This document shows positions 40,561 through 54,084 of a stretch of 64,000 bases of DNA, piece by piece. Position 1 is the first letter of the stretch; each line of letters starts with the position of its first letter. The stretch covers positions 887,058-951,057 of the forward strand of contig MU053487.1 of assembly GCA_013239625.1 (NCBI GenBank), written 5' to 3'. The notes below the pieces were generated by a model, which worked only from the letters and a program-made list of their open reading frames with translations, was not told the origin of the DNA and did not search any database. Made by a program: the position numbers and the translations under genes. This stretch comes from Lama guanicoe (lineage: Eukaryota).

Positions 40561-40909
40561 ATTGCTTTCAGACTCTTTCTAATCACTATGCCTGAACATC
40601 AAATAGACTCTTGTGTGGCTAATGGGAAACCTCACTGTAGGTACCTTATTTCTCTCCCTCATGCTGGCAGGGTTGATGGATGAACAGCAACCCAAGCACA
40701 GAAATATCCTCTTGGGATCCAGATGGACAAATTTGTGTCTCCACATCAATAAAAATTCCACTCATTCTTCTGGAGTTTGGAGGCAGAGAGATTCAGGCTT
40801 ATTCATACCTCATTTCCACCACAGACTAGCAGAGGGAACTTAGGCAAACTTAATCCGCTTCTTGGAACTTCAGTTTCTCAATAATAAGCTGAGCGTAATA
40901 GCATCTCTC

Positions 40910-41337
40910 TGTGCCAGATGTTGTCTGTTGAGTCTAAGTTCTTCCTTGTTTTGTCGGGGCTGAAAGGCTGGAAACTGCATTTTCCAGGCTCCTTTGGTCA
41001 GCAGGGTTCTGGTTTGGATCCTGCCAATGCAAGACGTTCATGCAGACTTGGAAGGGAGAGGGAAGGAGAGGCATTTATTGCCCTGTGAGTCTGGAGGGAC
41101 ATGGTGGTTGCAGTGACTTCCAGTTGTGCTTCTGGGAATCCTTACATCGGTATGTCATGCAGGTAAGATCACTGGCAGGGGCTTCCTGTAGTTTGAATAT
41201 TTTCTAATTTCAAAGCCAGCAGTGGTTTTCACTGGCTGTCACTCCCCTGCCCTGTATTTAATAATCCCTGTATTAACTCCCTTTCTGCTAACATACCTAA
41301 AGTGGCTCTATGCATCTGACTGAACTCTGACTGATAG
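40910..41337 (+). mobile_element. LTR33-like ERVL LTR nested in a MIR
   Basis: gctggaaactgcattttccaggctcctttg and 3' end attaactccctttctgctaacatacctaaagtggctct..gactgaactctgactgata. MIR text lies on both sides. Confidence 0.7.
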
Positions 41338-44300
41338 TTACTCCCTTATACTACCTAACTACTTCAGACTGTTGTGAATATTAAATGGAATGATACATAT
41401 AGATCACCTAGTATGAGCCTGGCACATAGTGAGTGATCTACAAGCATCCATCTTTTATAAAAAAGAGAATCATCTCCTCCCACTTGGAAATGTAGAAATG
41501 GACATGGATAGAGAATGGTAAAGGATCTTGCTTCAGACAGTAGATTAAAAGACCTTGGATAAACCTTTTTTAAAAACTTTGTTTCCATAACACCCGGGCC
41601 AGGGCTCTAACACAGTTGCTATAGCACTGCCAAATCTGTGGTGAGACTCCCAAATGTCTGGAAGCCAGCGTGGTGTGCTGCTGGCCAGGTTTGGTCTCCA
41701 CCAGGTGTGCTGGAATGCCAACATCCGTCCCTAGCTGTGATGGTGACTTTCTATATGGTATTCACTCTGAATCTCATTAAAACATCCCTACCCAGAATTA
41801 TCCTTCCATCAACACCCTGCTCATACCTGCCAGGAAATTTTCGAAACAGTTTTCTAAGTTGAGTTAAGGAATAGAAACCTTTTCCCTCCATGCTGTGGAA
41901 GCTTCATCTGGAAGCCATCAATGTAGCTGTGGCTTCTGTTCATTTCTCCACTGGCCTCTCACAGGTTCAAAATAAACCACGCTGTGACTGGTTAACAGTG
42001 AGAAATGCCAACAGGCCTGAGCTCATTTCCAAAGGCTCCTTTACTACTGTGCTTTGGCATTTTCAGAGTCCTTCATGAACAACCTCAGAAAAGCTGGCCT
42101 GCGAATCAAATTCTGCCTGACATTGGAATTCTTGATTTTTTTCCTACTGAAAGAAGTTCTCCACTGAGAGACGATGTCATCCTCTCCCTTTGTCAGCACC
42201 ATCCAACTGCATTCTCTACCCTACCCTCTCCCCAGGGCTTGGGGATACAGTAAGCAAAGGCTGCCTTTGTTATCCTCAAGTGCATACTTTCTGAATCCTT
42301 CTCCTTTAGGAGCCCCTACACTTCAGAGATTCAGGGTGCTTAAGTGGACTTATGTCACCATGCCCGCTCTCCAAGGGGCATCTGCTTTTGAAGGCCTATG
42401 CTCCCTGGGGTGGAAAGCTCTGCTTACTAATGTATTCAACACATATGTAAGTACCTATGTGTAAGGGACACTATGATCAGCAGCAGGGACAGGAATGAAC
42501 CAACCTTCCTGTCCTCCAGGAATTTAGTAGGAAAGATATCACTGCGCAGTGTCAGCTTGGCCGTGGGAGCTCAGCCGTGGGGGGGTCATGGCTATCAGAG
42601 AACCAAAGGGCTTAATGGGTGATTCGGACAAAGCAGGAAGGTGGTCCACACTGAAGTGAGGGGCAGTGGGGTGTCTGCCACCCCAGGGTTGCTGAGATCC
42701 CTCATGAAATGCTCATGAGATCTTTCTTGCTTGGGGGACACGTGGGCAGCAGACGTGGGGTGGTTTGTCTGACAGTCCTGCTGCCAGACACCTCATCCAG
42801 AGGGAGCTGAGGGTGTGCTTTCTGGAGACCAGCAGGGACATTAGGGGAGAGGGACTTACAAATGGAGGCTATGAGAAGAGGAGCTAGGAGGAGATGGATG
42901 GGGAGTGATTTGTGGCCTGTCTCTCTGATCAAGAACCAGGCAGTCTCCTCTTAGGTGCACACCATGCCGACTGAGGGCACTAGTGCCCAGGAACCTGTCG
43001 GTTTGTCCATCCAAATGTCTGTGGTTACAGTAAAGCATATTGCTGGAAATGGAATCCAGTCCTGTGCCCAGTTTATTTCTGTTTAGTACAGATCAAAAGG
43101 AATGATGTCTACTGTGTCTTCTGTGTTTTATCTCTGGAGTTTGGTGTTTATTGCCTAGTGTTTTGATAATACCTACTTTGTTGGGTTTTTCTTGGGGAGA
43201 CTAGTTAGACAGTTTTTGATTTGAGAGCCATCTAATTTCCTGGCAAAGTACTTCCATCTTTTCCTACTATCTATTAAAGCAGGAATCAAGGGTGGTCATT
43301 TTTTTTTTAATATACCAGTGAGAATATTAGAATTGCATTCAAGAAAATGGAGCACATTTGGCCTTGTCTTTCAAATCCCTTTGTGGTTTTTCCTCATTTG
43401 TAAAATGGAAATGGTGCCATCTATTTCAGAGGGTGATTGTCAGTTCATAGTGAGATAATGGATCTGAGAAGACTTCTAGACTCCGATGTCAGGCTCCAAG
43501 GAGAGGAGGTTCCCAGCTTCCAGGAAACATGCAAGAACTTTGTCCAGCGGGTGGTGTCAGAGCACAGGGTTAAGGCAATAAATGGCTTTCCTCCAACCTA
43601 CACAGAGCCCAAGGACACCCCTGTGCAAAGAAAGAGCCTTGCGGGCCATCTAAATCCATCAATTGTGTGACCCAAAACTTTGTACGAGAAAGAGGGAGAA
43701 AGAAGTGGCCCTGAGCGAGGGTGGAAAGTGCTAACAACACGTTTGGTTGGAAGGCCTGCTCTGCCAGATGCCATTCTTGTAGCTCTGCAAGCACCACTTG
43801 CCTTTGTCTGCATGCTGTTTTTCTCTGCTAGGCATTAGTATTTTCATTCTAGAAAAAACGTGGCTTGGAAAGTAACTTGCCCAGTAGTGGGAGAATAAGC
43901 ATTTGAGGTCAGATAGGCCTGATACTCAAACCCACCCTCTTTCTTTTGCGACTGCTATGTTTGTTGTTGCACCAGGAGAAAGAAGCCTATATTGCTACTT
44001 AAAGGAGCCTACAGTTGTCACTGTTACATGCTGCCTTTTGGTCATGGAAACAGGAAACACAGGAGGCTTTGCTAGTGGCTGAGGGTCACAGGCATTTGGC
44101 TCAGGTATCTGGCAACACTTTGGGGTTCAGACTGCCTGCTGATACCTGGTAAGGACTCTAGGTACAAGCTCACCTTTACCTTAGCCCTGAGATTTTCCTC
44201 CTGACCTCAGAATTAGGCCTCGGTCACATCTCCAGGCCCTCCTCCATCCATCCCCCATGCACACTATGCTCCAGACATGCCAAAATTGGTAAAGTCCCTA

Positions 44301-44519
44301 AACTTGCTGTGTTATTTTATGTATCCCTGTCTCTGCCTGAAAATTCTCCTCTTATTTCCTTCATTATCTTAGTTTTACTCTCTTTCTAGGACTGAAATTC
44401 TTTTCCATGAAGCTTTCCTAGACCTGCCCAAGCAGAATTTATTACTCCCTCCATTGTACTATTGCCAAACCTATGCTGTAAATAAAATGTGTACTTACCT
44501 CCTTAATGCATCACCATTA

Positions 44520-44880
44520 TTTATTCATTTATGGTGGAGACTTAATACTCTGCAAATATCTGTGTATTGCTCTAGATTTCCCAGCCTCCATTATAGTAGA
44601 CAGGGGCCATGTGACTGGGTTTTGGCCAATGGGCATGGGCAGAAGCGATGTGTACCACTTCTGGGTCTGGCCTTTGAAATCATCCATCTCTATTCTTCAG
44701 CCATCTTTTTGACTTGAAGTTCATGTATCTCAGATTTTGTACACTACAGGATGAAAGAAGGCCATCCAACCCACATTTGGATGTGACATAAGCATGAAAT
44801 GTATTTGTATTGTATAAAGTCACTGGAATGTTGGGTCTGTTGGGAAAGCTGGCATTAATTACCTTGATTAATATAATACC
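44520..44880 (+). mobile_element. MaLR LTR, MLT1J-like
   Basis: atttcccagcctcc..ggggccatgtgactgggttttggccaatgg..gcagaagcgatgtgtaccacttctgg. Confidence 0.7.
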
Positions 44881-44944
44881 TGTTTTTCCTATACTTGTGA
44901 GTTCCTTGTGGATTGGGACCATTTTTCTATTTACTTTGGCACTT

Positions 44945-46830
44945 TTAGAAAAAACTGAAATATAATTGACCTACAACACTGTTAGTTCTGGGTGTACAAT
45001 ATAGTGATTCAACATTTTTACACAGTACAAAATGATTACTATGATAAGTCTAGTTCCCATCTGTTACCATACAAATTTATTACCATATTATTGACTATAT
45101 TCCCCATGCTGTATGTTTCATCCCTGTGACTCATTTATTTTGTAACTGGAAGTTTGTACCTCTTAATCTTCCTCACCTATTTCTTTCATCCCTCTGGCAA
45201 CCACCCATTTGTTCTCTGTATTCATGAGTCTGTTTCTGTTTTGTTGTGTTTGTTGATTTGTTTTGCTTTTTAGATTCCACATATAAATGAAATAATATAG
45301 TATTTGTTTTTTTCTGGATTACTTCACATAGTATAATACCCTCTAGGTCCATCCATGTCATCACAAATGGCAAGGTTACATTCTTTTTTAATGGTTTAGT
45401 AATACTCCATTGTGTCTATATACCTACCTATCTATCTGTTTGTCTGTCTATCTATATTTTCTTCTTTATCCACATCTTCTTTCTCTACTCATCTATTTGT
45501 GGAAACTTAGGTTGCTTCCATATCTTGGCTGTTGTAAATAATGCTGCAATAGTAGTGCATATATCTTTTTGAATTACTGTTTTTGTTTTATTTGGGAAAA
45601 TGCCCAAGAGTGGAATTACTGGATCATGTGGTAGATCTATTTTTAGTTTTTTGAGGAATCTTTGTACTGTTTTCCATAATGGCTATACCAATTTATGTTC
45701 CCACCAACAGTGCGTGAGGGTTCCCTTTTTCCACATCCTCACTGATAACTTGTTCTTCACTGTCTTTTTGATACTAGTCATTCTGGTATGTGGGAGCTGA
45801 TACCTCATTGTGGTTTTGATTTGCATTTCCTTGCTGAGTAGTGATCTTGAGCATCTTTTCCTGTGTCTTTTGAACATCTGTATGTCTTTGGAAAAACATC
45901 TATTCAGGTCCTCTGCCCAATTTTCAGTCAGGTTGTTTGCTTTTTGATGTTGAATTCTTTGAGTTCGTTGTATATTTTGGATATTGACTCCTTATCAGAT
46001 ATATCATTTGAAAATATCTTCTCTCATTCAGTGGGCTGCCTTTTTGCTTCACCAGTAGTTTTGTTTACTGTGCAAAAGCTTTTACATTTGATGTAGCTCC
46101 TGCTGTCTATTTTTGTTTCCCTTGCCTGAGGAGACATACCCAAAAAAATATTGCCAAGACCGATATCTTCTAGGAGTTTTATAGTTTCAGGTCTTACATT
46201 TGAGTCTTTGATCCATTCTAAGTTTATTCTGTATATCCTGTGAGAAAGTAGTCTAATTTTATTATTTTGCATATAGTTTTCCCAGCACCACTTATTGAAG
46301 AGGCTGTCTTTTCCCCATTGTATATTCTTGCCTTCTTTGTTGTAGACTAAGCGTGCATTTTTTTCTGGGTCGTTCTATCTCTTCCAGTGATCTGTGTGTC
46401 TGTTTTTGTGCCAGTATTATACTGTTTGATTACTGTGGTTTTGTAGTATAGTTTGAAATTAGAGAGCATGATTCCTCTAGCTTGGCTCTTCTTTCTCAAG
46501 ATTGTTTTGGCTATTGGGGGTCTTTTGTGTTTCCATACAAATTTTAAAATTATTTTTGCTCTGTGAAAAATGCCATGGCTATTTTAATAGGCATTGCATT
46601 GAATTGGTATTTTGATAAGAATTCCATTGACTCTGTACATTGCCTTGGGTGGTATGGCCATTTTAATCATATTTATTCTTCCAGTCTATTACCATGGTAT
46701 GCATTTCCATCTATTTGTGTTGTCTTCAATTTCTTTCATCAGTGTCATATAGTTTTCTAAGAACAGATCTTTTACCTCTTTAGTTAGATTTATTTCTAGG
46801 TATTTTATTTTTTTTTGGATATGATTATAA
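44945..46830 (-). mobile_element. 5'-truncated LINE-1 (L1MA-like): 3' part of ORF2 plus 3'UTR, frameshifted
   Basis: Minus-strand ORFs give L1 ORF2 C-terminal peptides: [71 protein letters not shown]1 3'UTR-like sequence at about 44950-45300. Confidence 0.95.
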
Positions 46831-47016
46831 AGATTTCATTATAAAGATTAAATTAAAGGGGATTCTAATAATGCAAACAGAGTAAATAATAACAAAATGG
46901 CAAGATGACATGGCTTGTAGTCCTGCTTCTTTACTGACATTATAATGTTAAAAAGTTACTCGTATTTTTAAATGTCCTAAAATAATTGAAACTTTATATA
47001 TTGGGCGTGTAGATTA

Positions 47017-47210
47017 AGTTTAAGGTCAACAGGCCCTATAATAATTAAATAGACTGCTCATTTTTCTCCAGAAAAAATAAAACCTATTTGGAATCAGCCA
47101 AGAATTACAGTTCAGGGTCTGCCACCATGGTGAACCACTTGCAAATCTCTGTAAAAATGAAGAGGAGAACCCTTTTATAGAGGGAAAAGGAAGTTGGGAG
47201 GAAAGTTGGG
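47017..47210 (-). mobile_element. Truncated ERV1 LTR fragment
   Basis: gaattacagttcagggtctgccaccatgg..cttttatagagggaaaaggaagttggg (antisense TATA region). Ends abruptly at a tandem aagttggga duplication. Confidence 0.5.
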
Positions 47211-47902
47211 AGCCTGTGCTGGCTTTTTAATGTGTGTCATCTACCTCAGGCCCATGGAAAATACTTATACATCCTTTGTGCTGATCTGAGAGTACACACC
47301 TGTATCAGTATATTATTCAACTTTAAAAGGCACTAAATCAGTTGATACATGGTGTTTCCTGCACTCCATAATTTTGAGGACAAGGGTCATATTTCAGCCC
47401 ACTGAGTTTCACAAACTCCAGAAGACACATGTTAGACTGAATGGTGCAGGTTGGTCATCATTAAACTTTAGTCTACATGCTTGAGTGAGTGAGGGAAACC
47501 AGCCCATCAATCTGTTTCCTCTGGTCTTCTCAGGGACTTCCCCAGGAGGTCTCTGGCTCATCTTGTGTTTTTCCAGGGATTAGAAAGAGTCAGTGTGGTT
47601 GGCTCATAGACATGAGGGAAGAGATGGTTAGTGTCTTGACTTTTCTCTAGGCCAAGTGTCTTTAGAAAATTCCGAAATCTTCTCACAGACGACCTGGTCT
47701 TATTTCTGTCTTCTCTAAACCTCCTATCCTGGGATCAGTGGCCCCCAAATGATCAGGGTGAACCAGGCTTGGAAGTTAGCTGGCAGTGAGGAAGGACATC
47801 GGTTACACTGACCCTGATTCCCTGGATAGTCTCAAGCAGTTGTTCTTGGGGAAATTTCCTGGGTAGGAAAAGTGGGTATTTGGAGCTTAGCTTTAGCTAA
47901 AG

Positions 47903-48088
47903 CAGTGGTTCTCAAACTCTGGTGGCCTGCATCAGAATCACCAATCTTGTTAAAAAAGAGATTCCTGGACCCAGTGCCCAGAGTTTCTGATTTGGTGAGC
48001 ATGGGGTGGGGCCTGGGAATTTATATTCTTGGTAAGCTCCCAAGTTGCCAATACTGCTAGTCTGGAGACTACATTTTGAATATCATTG
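47903..48088. mobile_element. MER5A (hAT-Charlie MITE)
   Basis: TIRs CAGTGGTTCTCAAA and TTTGAATATCATTG. Internal text is homologous to the copy at 6201-6391. Confidence 0.85.
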
Positions 48089-49323
48089 CTCTGAAGAATT
48101 ATTTCTTATGAAATCCTCTTTTCTTTCTTTCCGTATCCTAACCTCTATTCATATCTCTGATTTTTCTGTGAGAATCGAGCAATGTGGAAATGGATCTCAA
48201 ACAGCTTCTTCTAAGTCCAGCATTTTTTCTGGTATCTAACTTTGGCATACCCACCTCTTGGATCTTGCTGCCTTACTCAAAACTTAGTTAAAAAGCAGAA
48301 AACATAAACTACTGTTCAGGGATTTTATGATCATTAAGTGAGTTCCTGTCTGCACAATAGAGGAAAAAATGCATGTTGGTGTTTTCCTCTGTGCTTCCCA
48401 GCCTCACTGCTTGCTACAGATATTTTGGGTGGGATCTGAGAATTTTAAAACTACTTGAAGCAACAATAAGAATAATTTTCGAAAGAATTAATCCTGGGGA
48501 TGTTAAGCAGATGAATGCACCCTTTGAGAAGGCTTTGAGAAGACATCAGAAGAAAATATTTCACTGAAGTCTCAATGGCACTTAGTTTCTGAGATACTGA
48601 AACAGATTTTGAGAAATGCCTGCAAACTTCTAAAAGTTCTTTTGGATTATATATCATTAACTCCGAAAAGAAATCCTGAGAGATGCTCTCAAAGGGCCGT
48701 ACTTAATGTGTGCACTGTCCTCCTCTGAGCTCACAGGCTTTTTATGTGACCGATGAAAATCAAGCTCTTAGCTGAGACCCCAGTAGCATGCCATGGCTTC
48801 AAGGCATCCAGCCATCTGCAAAATGTCTAGAAAAGCAAGTGTGTACCATCTTCTTTCTTTCTGGCCTCTAATTTATTGGCAGAGAAATGTTAAGTGGATT
48901 TTTTAAAAGAGTCACCATATTGTAGAAACAGATTGAAGGAAGATGGATTTGGGAGAGTAAAGTTTGCTGTAGGAGGGAATCCAGGTTCTAAAAGGGAAGG
49001 CATGTGGCTGATGTCACAGCCCGAACAGACTCCTCGAGTAGAGTGAAAGCTTCCTAATTGTAAAGAGCCCAGCACTAGCAGTATTTATCGAGCAATTACT
49101 TTGCCCTTGCTCTTTATGAATTGTTTCATTCAATTTTTAACAAACATATGAGTTAGTAACTAAAATTATTCCATTTTTAGAAGTGGGGAAATATAGGTCA
49201 TCTTCCTAAGGTTGCACAGCTAGTAAGTGGTAGTCAGAGTTTGAAATTGTGGTCAGTCAGACTCCAAGTTATGGAAGAACTTAAAATGAAAACAGACATT
49301 GTTCAAAAAATTCACTAAACTTA

Positions 49324-49691
49324 TGTTATGGGTTTAATTGTGTCCCCCCAAAATTCATATGTAGAAGCCCTAACCCCCAGTATGAGGTGGCCTTTAAAGA
49401 GGTAAAAAATGTCAGATGAGGTCATAAGGGTGGGGCCTGAATTCAGTAAGACTGATGTCCTTATAAGAAGAGAAAGTGATGCTTGGAGTGCCCATACAGA
49501 GGAAAGGCAGGGTGAGGACACAGTGAGAAGGTGGCCATCTATAAATCAAGGAGAGAAGCTTCAGGAAATGCCAGACCTGCCAACATCTTGCTCTTGGACA
49601 TGCAGCTTCGAGAACTGTGAGAAAATAAATTTCTGTTTAAACCACCCAGTCTGTGTTACTTTGTTAGGGCAGCCCTTAGCAAACTAACATA
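49324..49691 (+). mobile_element. MaLR LTR, MLT1A/MLT1B-like, full length
   Basis: TGTTATGGGTTTAATTGTGTCCCCCCAAAATTCATATGT start. End gaactgtgagaaaataaatttctgtt..gcagcccttagcaaactaa. Confidence 0.9.
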
Positions 49692-50092
49692 CCCTACCAC
49701 CTTTGTGGTTGGAACATACATTGCCAGTCCTTAAGTTTTGGCTTAGTCGTATGATTTACTTTGGTCAGTGGAATGTTAGAAGATCCGATGTAAATAGAGG
49801 CTTAAAAAACATCAAGGTGGTTTGGCTTACTCTCCTGTGCCTGTGCTGGTGCTATAAGCAGGATATGCTCCATCTCGTTGGTTCAGGGAGGATGAGAGAC
49901 ACATGGAGTAGGGTCTTGTAGCTTGAGGCAGAGCCACCCAGCTGAACCTGGTCTAAGCCAGTCTATTCCAAGATGCTGTAGTTTGAAGCCAGGTCACCAC
50001 AATTGACCCCTATACTCATGACAGTAGATGATCATTGTCTTAAGCTCCTGAGTTTTGTTAGGCAGCATTACTTGGCAATGGCTAACTCATAC
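49692..50092 (+). mobile_element. Older MaLR LTR (MLT1I/J-like)
   Basis: gatttactttggtcagtggaatgttag and end taagctcctgagttttgttaggcagcatta..aatggctaactcataca. Confidence 0.65.
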
Positions 50093-51864
50093 ATTAATCA
50101 AAGATCAGAGTAGAGAACCTTACATGATTTCTGCACAGTAATTTCTTTGGCCATTCATTAGGGGTAGAGATGAAAGGATATTTGGAGAGAAGGTAGACAA
50201 ATGATAGCTCGAATAGTTCTCTCAACTTTCAATTATAAGGGGAAGCTGTATTCCTCTAAAAACATGTTATAAGGTGGAATGGAACCATTATTTTCTAGTT
50301 CTTCCAGGACAATATTTAGATGGAAAAAAAAGACACACACAGAGAGAGAAAGAGAGAGAGAATGGGTTTGTTGCACTGAGTTATACCGACTTCAGGTGTC
50401 TTGGCTTCATCGCTTACTAGCTATGAGTGACCTGGCAGGAGTTACACAACCTCATTGAGCTTCTGTTTTTCTTTTCTTTCCTTTTCTTTTCTTTCCTCTT
50501 TTCATTTCTTTTTTCTTTTCTTTTTTTCTTTGCTTTGCTTTGCTTTATTTTGACTTTTTTTTTTTAACAGAGCTTCAGTTTTTCTGTATGTGAAATGGGG
50601 ATGCTTAGAGCTTGTCCTCTGCACCCACATACCATTTTGTCTCCCACACACTTGTTCTGCCTCCCTCATTGGAAAAGTCTGACTCAGAACAGGGACTCTA
50701 TACTGCCTCTTTATAGTTTGGAAATCTAGAAGGGATGGGGTAGGGTAGGGAAGATTTACAAAACACAAATCTTTGGGGAAGTTTCTGCTATCTGGGCGTT
50801 TGGAGATATTTTGCACAGAGGGGCCAGCAGGGCAGGTTGAGGCTGCCTTCCTTGCTGCCCTGGGTTCATTATCAAGTCTTGAATCTTAAAGTGGTGGCCC
50901 AGTGGGGGAAGGTGTGGAATCCCAGACAACAGAGCTGAAAGAGCCCACAGAGGTGTTACAGAATGTAGAAGTTTCCTTCCCTTTGAATAATAAATAAGAC
51001 CTAGTTTGACACGTTGGAATCCTGATTAATTGTTCGGATTCCAAGTTTCAGAATTTCCTCGTCCTGTGTACTGGGACAAGTTGCTTAGCCATTTTCTTTG
51101 TTTCTTTATCTGTAATAAGAGAGTAATGATAGTGTGTATCTTTTAGTGTAAAGTGTTCTATTAATATGAAAATGACATTAAAACAAGAATATCTAAAGCC
51201 CTCAGTACAATACCAAGCTGCAGATAAGCTCTCACAAATATAACCTTGAGATACTTAATTTATCTACTCCAACCCCATCCTTTTGCAGATAAGTAAACTG
51301 AGGCTCCCTGAGGTGAGCTGACCTTCCCAGAGTCACAGGCCTGTAAGTGTCTCATCTAGGACTAGATGAGAGAAAATTCTTCCAAGTGACATATACCTAA
51401 AGAAGAGACATCCTGACTTGTTCAGAAGTTAAAATGTGTTACGTCGTCTGAAGGCCCAGGAGAGAGGGTTAGGGCTATAAATTCTCAGTATTGAAAATGA
51501 TTCAGCATCTAGCCGGTCACATTTGCAAGAATACTCCCTTTAGTTTCCACTGATAGCTTGGCTTGTCCTGTTAGACCACCAGTGACAGGAAGCTCATCCC
51601 CTAGTGTGTCAAGGCATTCCATCCTCAACAGCTGTTACAAAGCTGTTCCTTATATTGAGCCTTAATAGAATGTCTGCTTCGATAACCACATAGTATGAAT
51701 AGAATGCCTTTTTTCATAGCCTAGTCTTTGAATATTTGGAGACAGCTCTGTGTCTCTTGCTCTCATTGACTCTGCCATCCACACATACATTCAGCAAGGG
51801 TGTACTGGACAGCATATCAGGATTCTTTTAGTGATAGTAAATGAAAAAGTTAACTTAATACAAA

Positions 51865-52110
51865 CATTTCATTCATTCACTCATCTATTTGACAGATTTT
51901 TACTGGGTATGTTTTATGTTTCAGGCACAGTTCTAGATGCTGAAGATAGAGCAGTGAATCTAGCAGTCTCTACCCATACAGAGCTTGCATTCTAGGGTGA
52001 GAAGATAGACAGTGAACAAATAAATACTGTCATCTCAATGAAAAAATATATAATAATTCAAATGATAAATGCTTCAGACAAAGGAAAAAAGAAGTAGAAT
52101 GAAGGGCACA
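51865..52110 (-). mobile_element. L2 3' end fragment
   Basis: cattcattcactcatc..tttactgggt..caggcacagttctagatgctgaagatagagcagtgaa. Confidence 0.7.
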
Positions 52111-52329
52111 GAGAATCCCTAGGGGTGGGGGGTTTGGAGCTAAAAAGAGGTAGGGGGCACAATTCAGCTCTCCATTTTCTTTTATCTGTGATTCTTCAGA
52201 TCTGTTTTGTGCTAGACTAGCTTCCCTCATATTAGCAACCTGGCTATGTGGTTTCTCATTTATATTCAGGAGGAGACGGGCATTAGTTTCTACAACAAGG
52301 CAACAAGGCAACAGAAGTTCTAGCAACCT

Positions 52330-52705
52330 TATCCATGTAAATTTGCAGAGTCTTCTCATTTCAGGGGAGTATACTTCTCCGCCCTATATGATTTGCTTTG
52401 GCCAATGGGATATTAGCAGACCTGAAGCCAGTGGAGACTTGAAAGATGATTGTACATTTGGACTTCCTTCCTGCATTCTGCCTGCTCTTGGGAATCATGT
52501 ACCTGGGTTAGCCTGCTTGTTACAGGAGAGAGAAGAGAAACAAGTGAAGCAGAATCACCCCAGCTGAGCCACCTCAGCGGCACCCAGGTTCAGTCAGCTA
52601 ACCCCAGTCAACCTCCATACCCATGAGCTAAATGAATGCTTGCTGAGGGTACCCCTGAGGTTTTGTGATTGTTTCTCATGCAGCAGTATTGTGGCTGATA
52701 GGTAC
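52330..52705 (+). mobile_element. MaLR LTR, MLT1I/J-like
   Basis: atgatttgctttggccaatgggatattagcaga and end catgagctaaatgaatgcttg..ctgaggttttgtgattgtt..cagcagtattgtggc. Confidence 0.7.
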
Positions 52706-52774
52706 AGGCTTGAAGCACAATCTTTGAAATTCTAAATTAGTTTGACATAGCAAGAGGTAAGTCTGGTCACCTAA

Positions 52775-53575
52775 TATTGTGTACTAGGAGTCTTTGAAAA
52801 TCAGGAAGAGAGAGCGAGCCCACCCTTTCTAGTCCTGGCAGATGTGGGAAGAAGACAGGAAATGGAGATGTGGGAAGAAGAGGCAAATGGCCAGTGGAGT
52901 GAATGGGCTGGGGTTGGCCTCCCAGCACTTTGGCTCCTGAGGTGGCGGGGATGCAGGGTGGCCCTGTGGAAGGATGCAAGGAGACCTAGAGCGGGGATGG
53001 ACTTAGACGTGGCAGAGACGCTGAGGGGTCACGAGAGGAGTCAGTGAGAGTCCAAGGGAGGACCCGTTAGTGGGAGAGCACCATCAGGTCTTGAAGAAGC
53101 TCAGAGAGGCCAGTTCAGAGGTGGCACTGCAGGTACTGGCAGGATGCCTGTTGGGGGGACTGGCCTCTCATTAGGGGACATTATTTCAGGGGGCAGCCCA
53201 GCCCTGCCTCTCCATAGCCTAAACTAGAGAGGATTCAGTGAATACCAGGTCCATTCAGGGACACTCCCCTCTCCCCTGTCCACCCACCCAACAATACACC
53301 AAGAAGGAACTGGATGGAGCCTGTGAGAGGGGCTTCAGAAATCCCAGAGTTGAGCATTTTCACCTAAAGAGACTAAACACTTAATTCAACAGATTGTTTA
53401 AATTGAGAATCAGGCCTGAAAATAACAGCTTAAACTAAATTTAGTTTTCTTTTTCCTGCTTACCAGTTGGGAGGGGGCTTGTGAAGAAGAACAGACCAGT
53501 TATCAACTGAAAGAAGAAACCACATTTTCTTTGTACACAGAAGAGTAATAGGGATGGATTTTCAATCCCACCACA
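52775..53575 (+). mobile_element. Ancient LTR remnant (LTR78/LTR79- or MamGypsy-LTR-like)
   Basis: Purine-rich body. 3' end gaaaccacattttctttgtacac...aatcccaccaca resembles ancient mammalian LTR ends. Family is uncertain. Confidence 0.4.
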
Positions 53576-54084
53576 GTTACAATCCAGTGTGGTGAGGTTT
53601 GCTGTGATGGGAGGCTCCAGGGTGCTGGGGGCTGTAGGGGCTGTCTCTAACTCAGGATAAAGAGGGGCTGGGCTGGAGGGGGCTCCTGAGAATTAAACAC
53701 TCATAATAAGATGAATCAGGATCTGTAGCAGGTGCCCAGATAAAGAGCCAAGGTGAAGGAGGATTTGAGGGGGCAGTGGCCTGTGCAAAGGCCCCAGCTG
53801 GCTCTGGCTGACCTGTGTGGGATGACTTTTGAGTCTCCTCCTGGCCAGGGCACTGCAGGTGATCTGGGAGCAGGGAAGGTGGGCGATTGCCACTGGCTGA
53901 GGCAGGGACCCCCTCTGCCTTCTCTTTCCTCCTCTCAGCCAGACAGGCCATGTGAATTTTGTAGGGATTTCACTTGACTGTAGGAAATGGTAGGAGTGTA
54001 GGGCAGAGGTGAGCTGAGAATATGGGCAGTAGATGAGGCACTGTGCCCACACATATATCTTGTGTTAACCCCATAACAGCCTTC

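Noticed and set aside
45173..46760. Intact reverse transcriptase or novel retroelement system
   Set aside because: Frameshifted, 5'-truncated ordinary L1 ORF2 C-terminus with no intact RT core.
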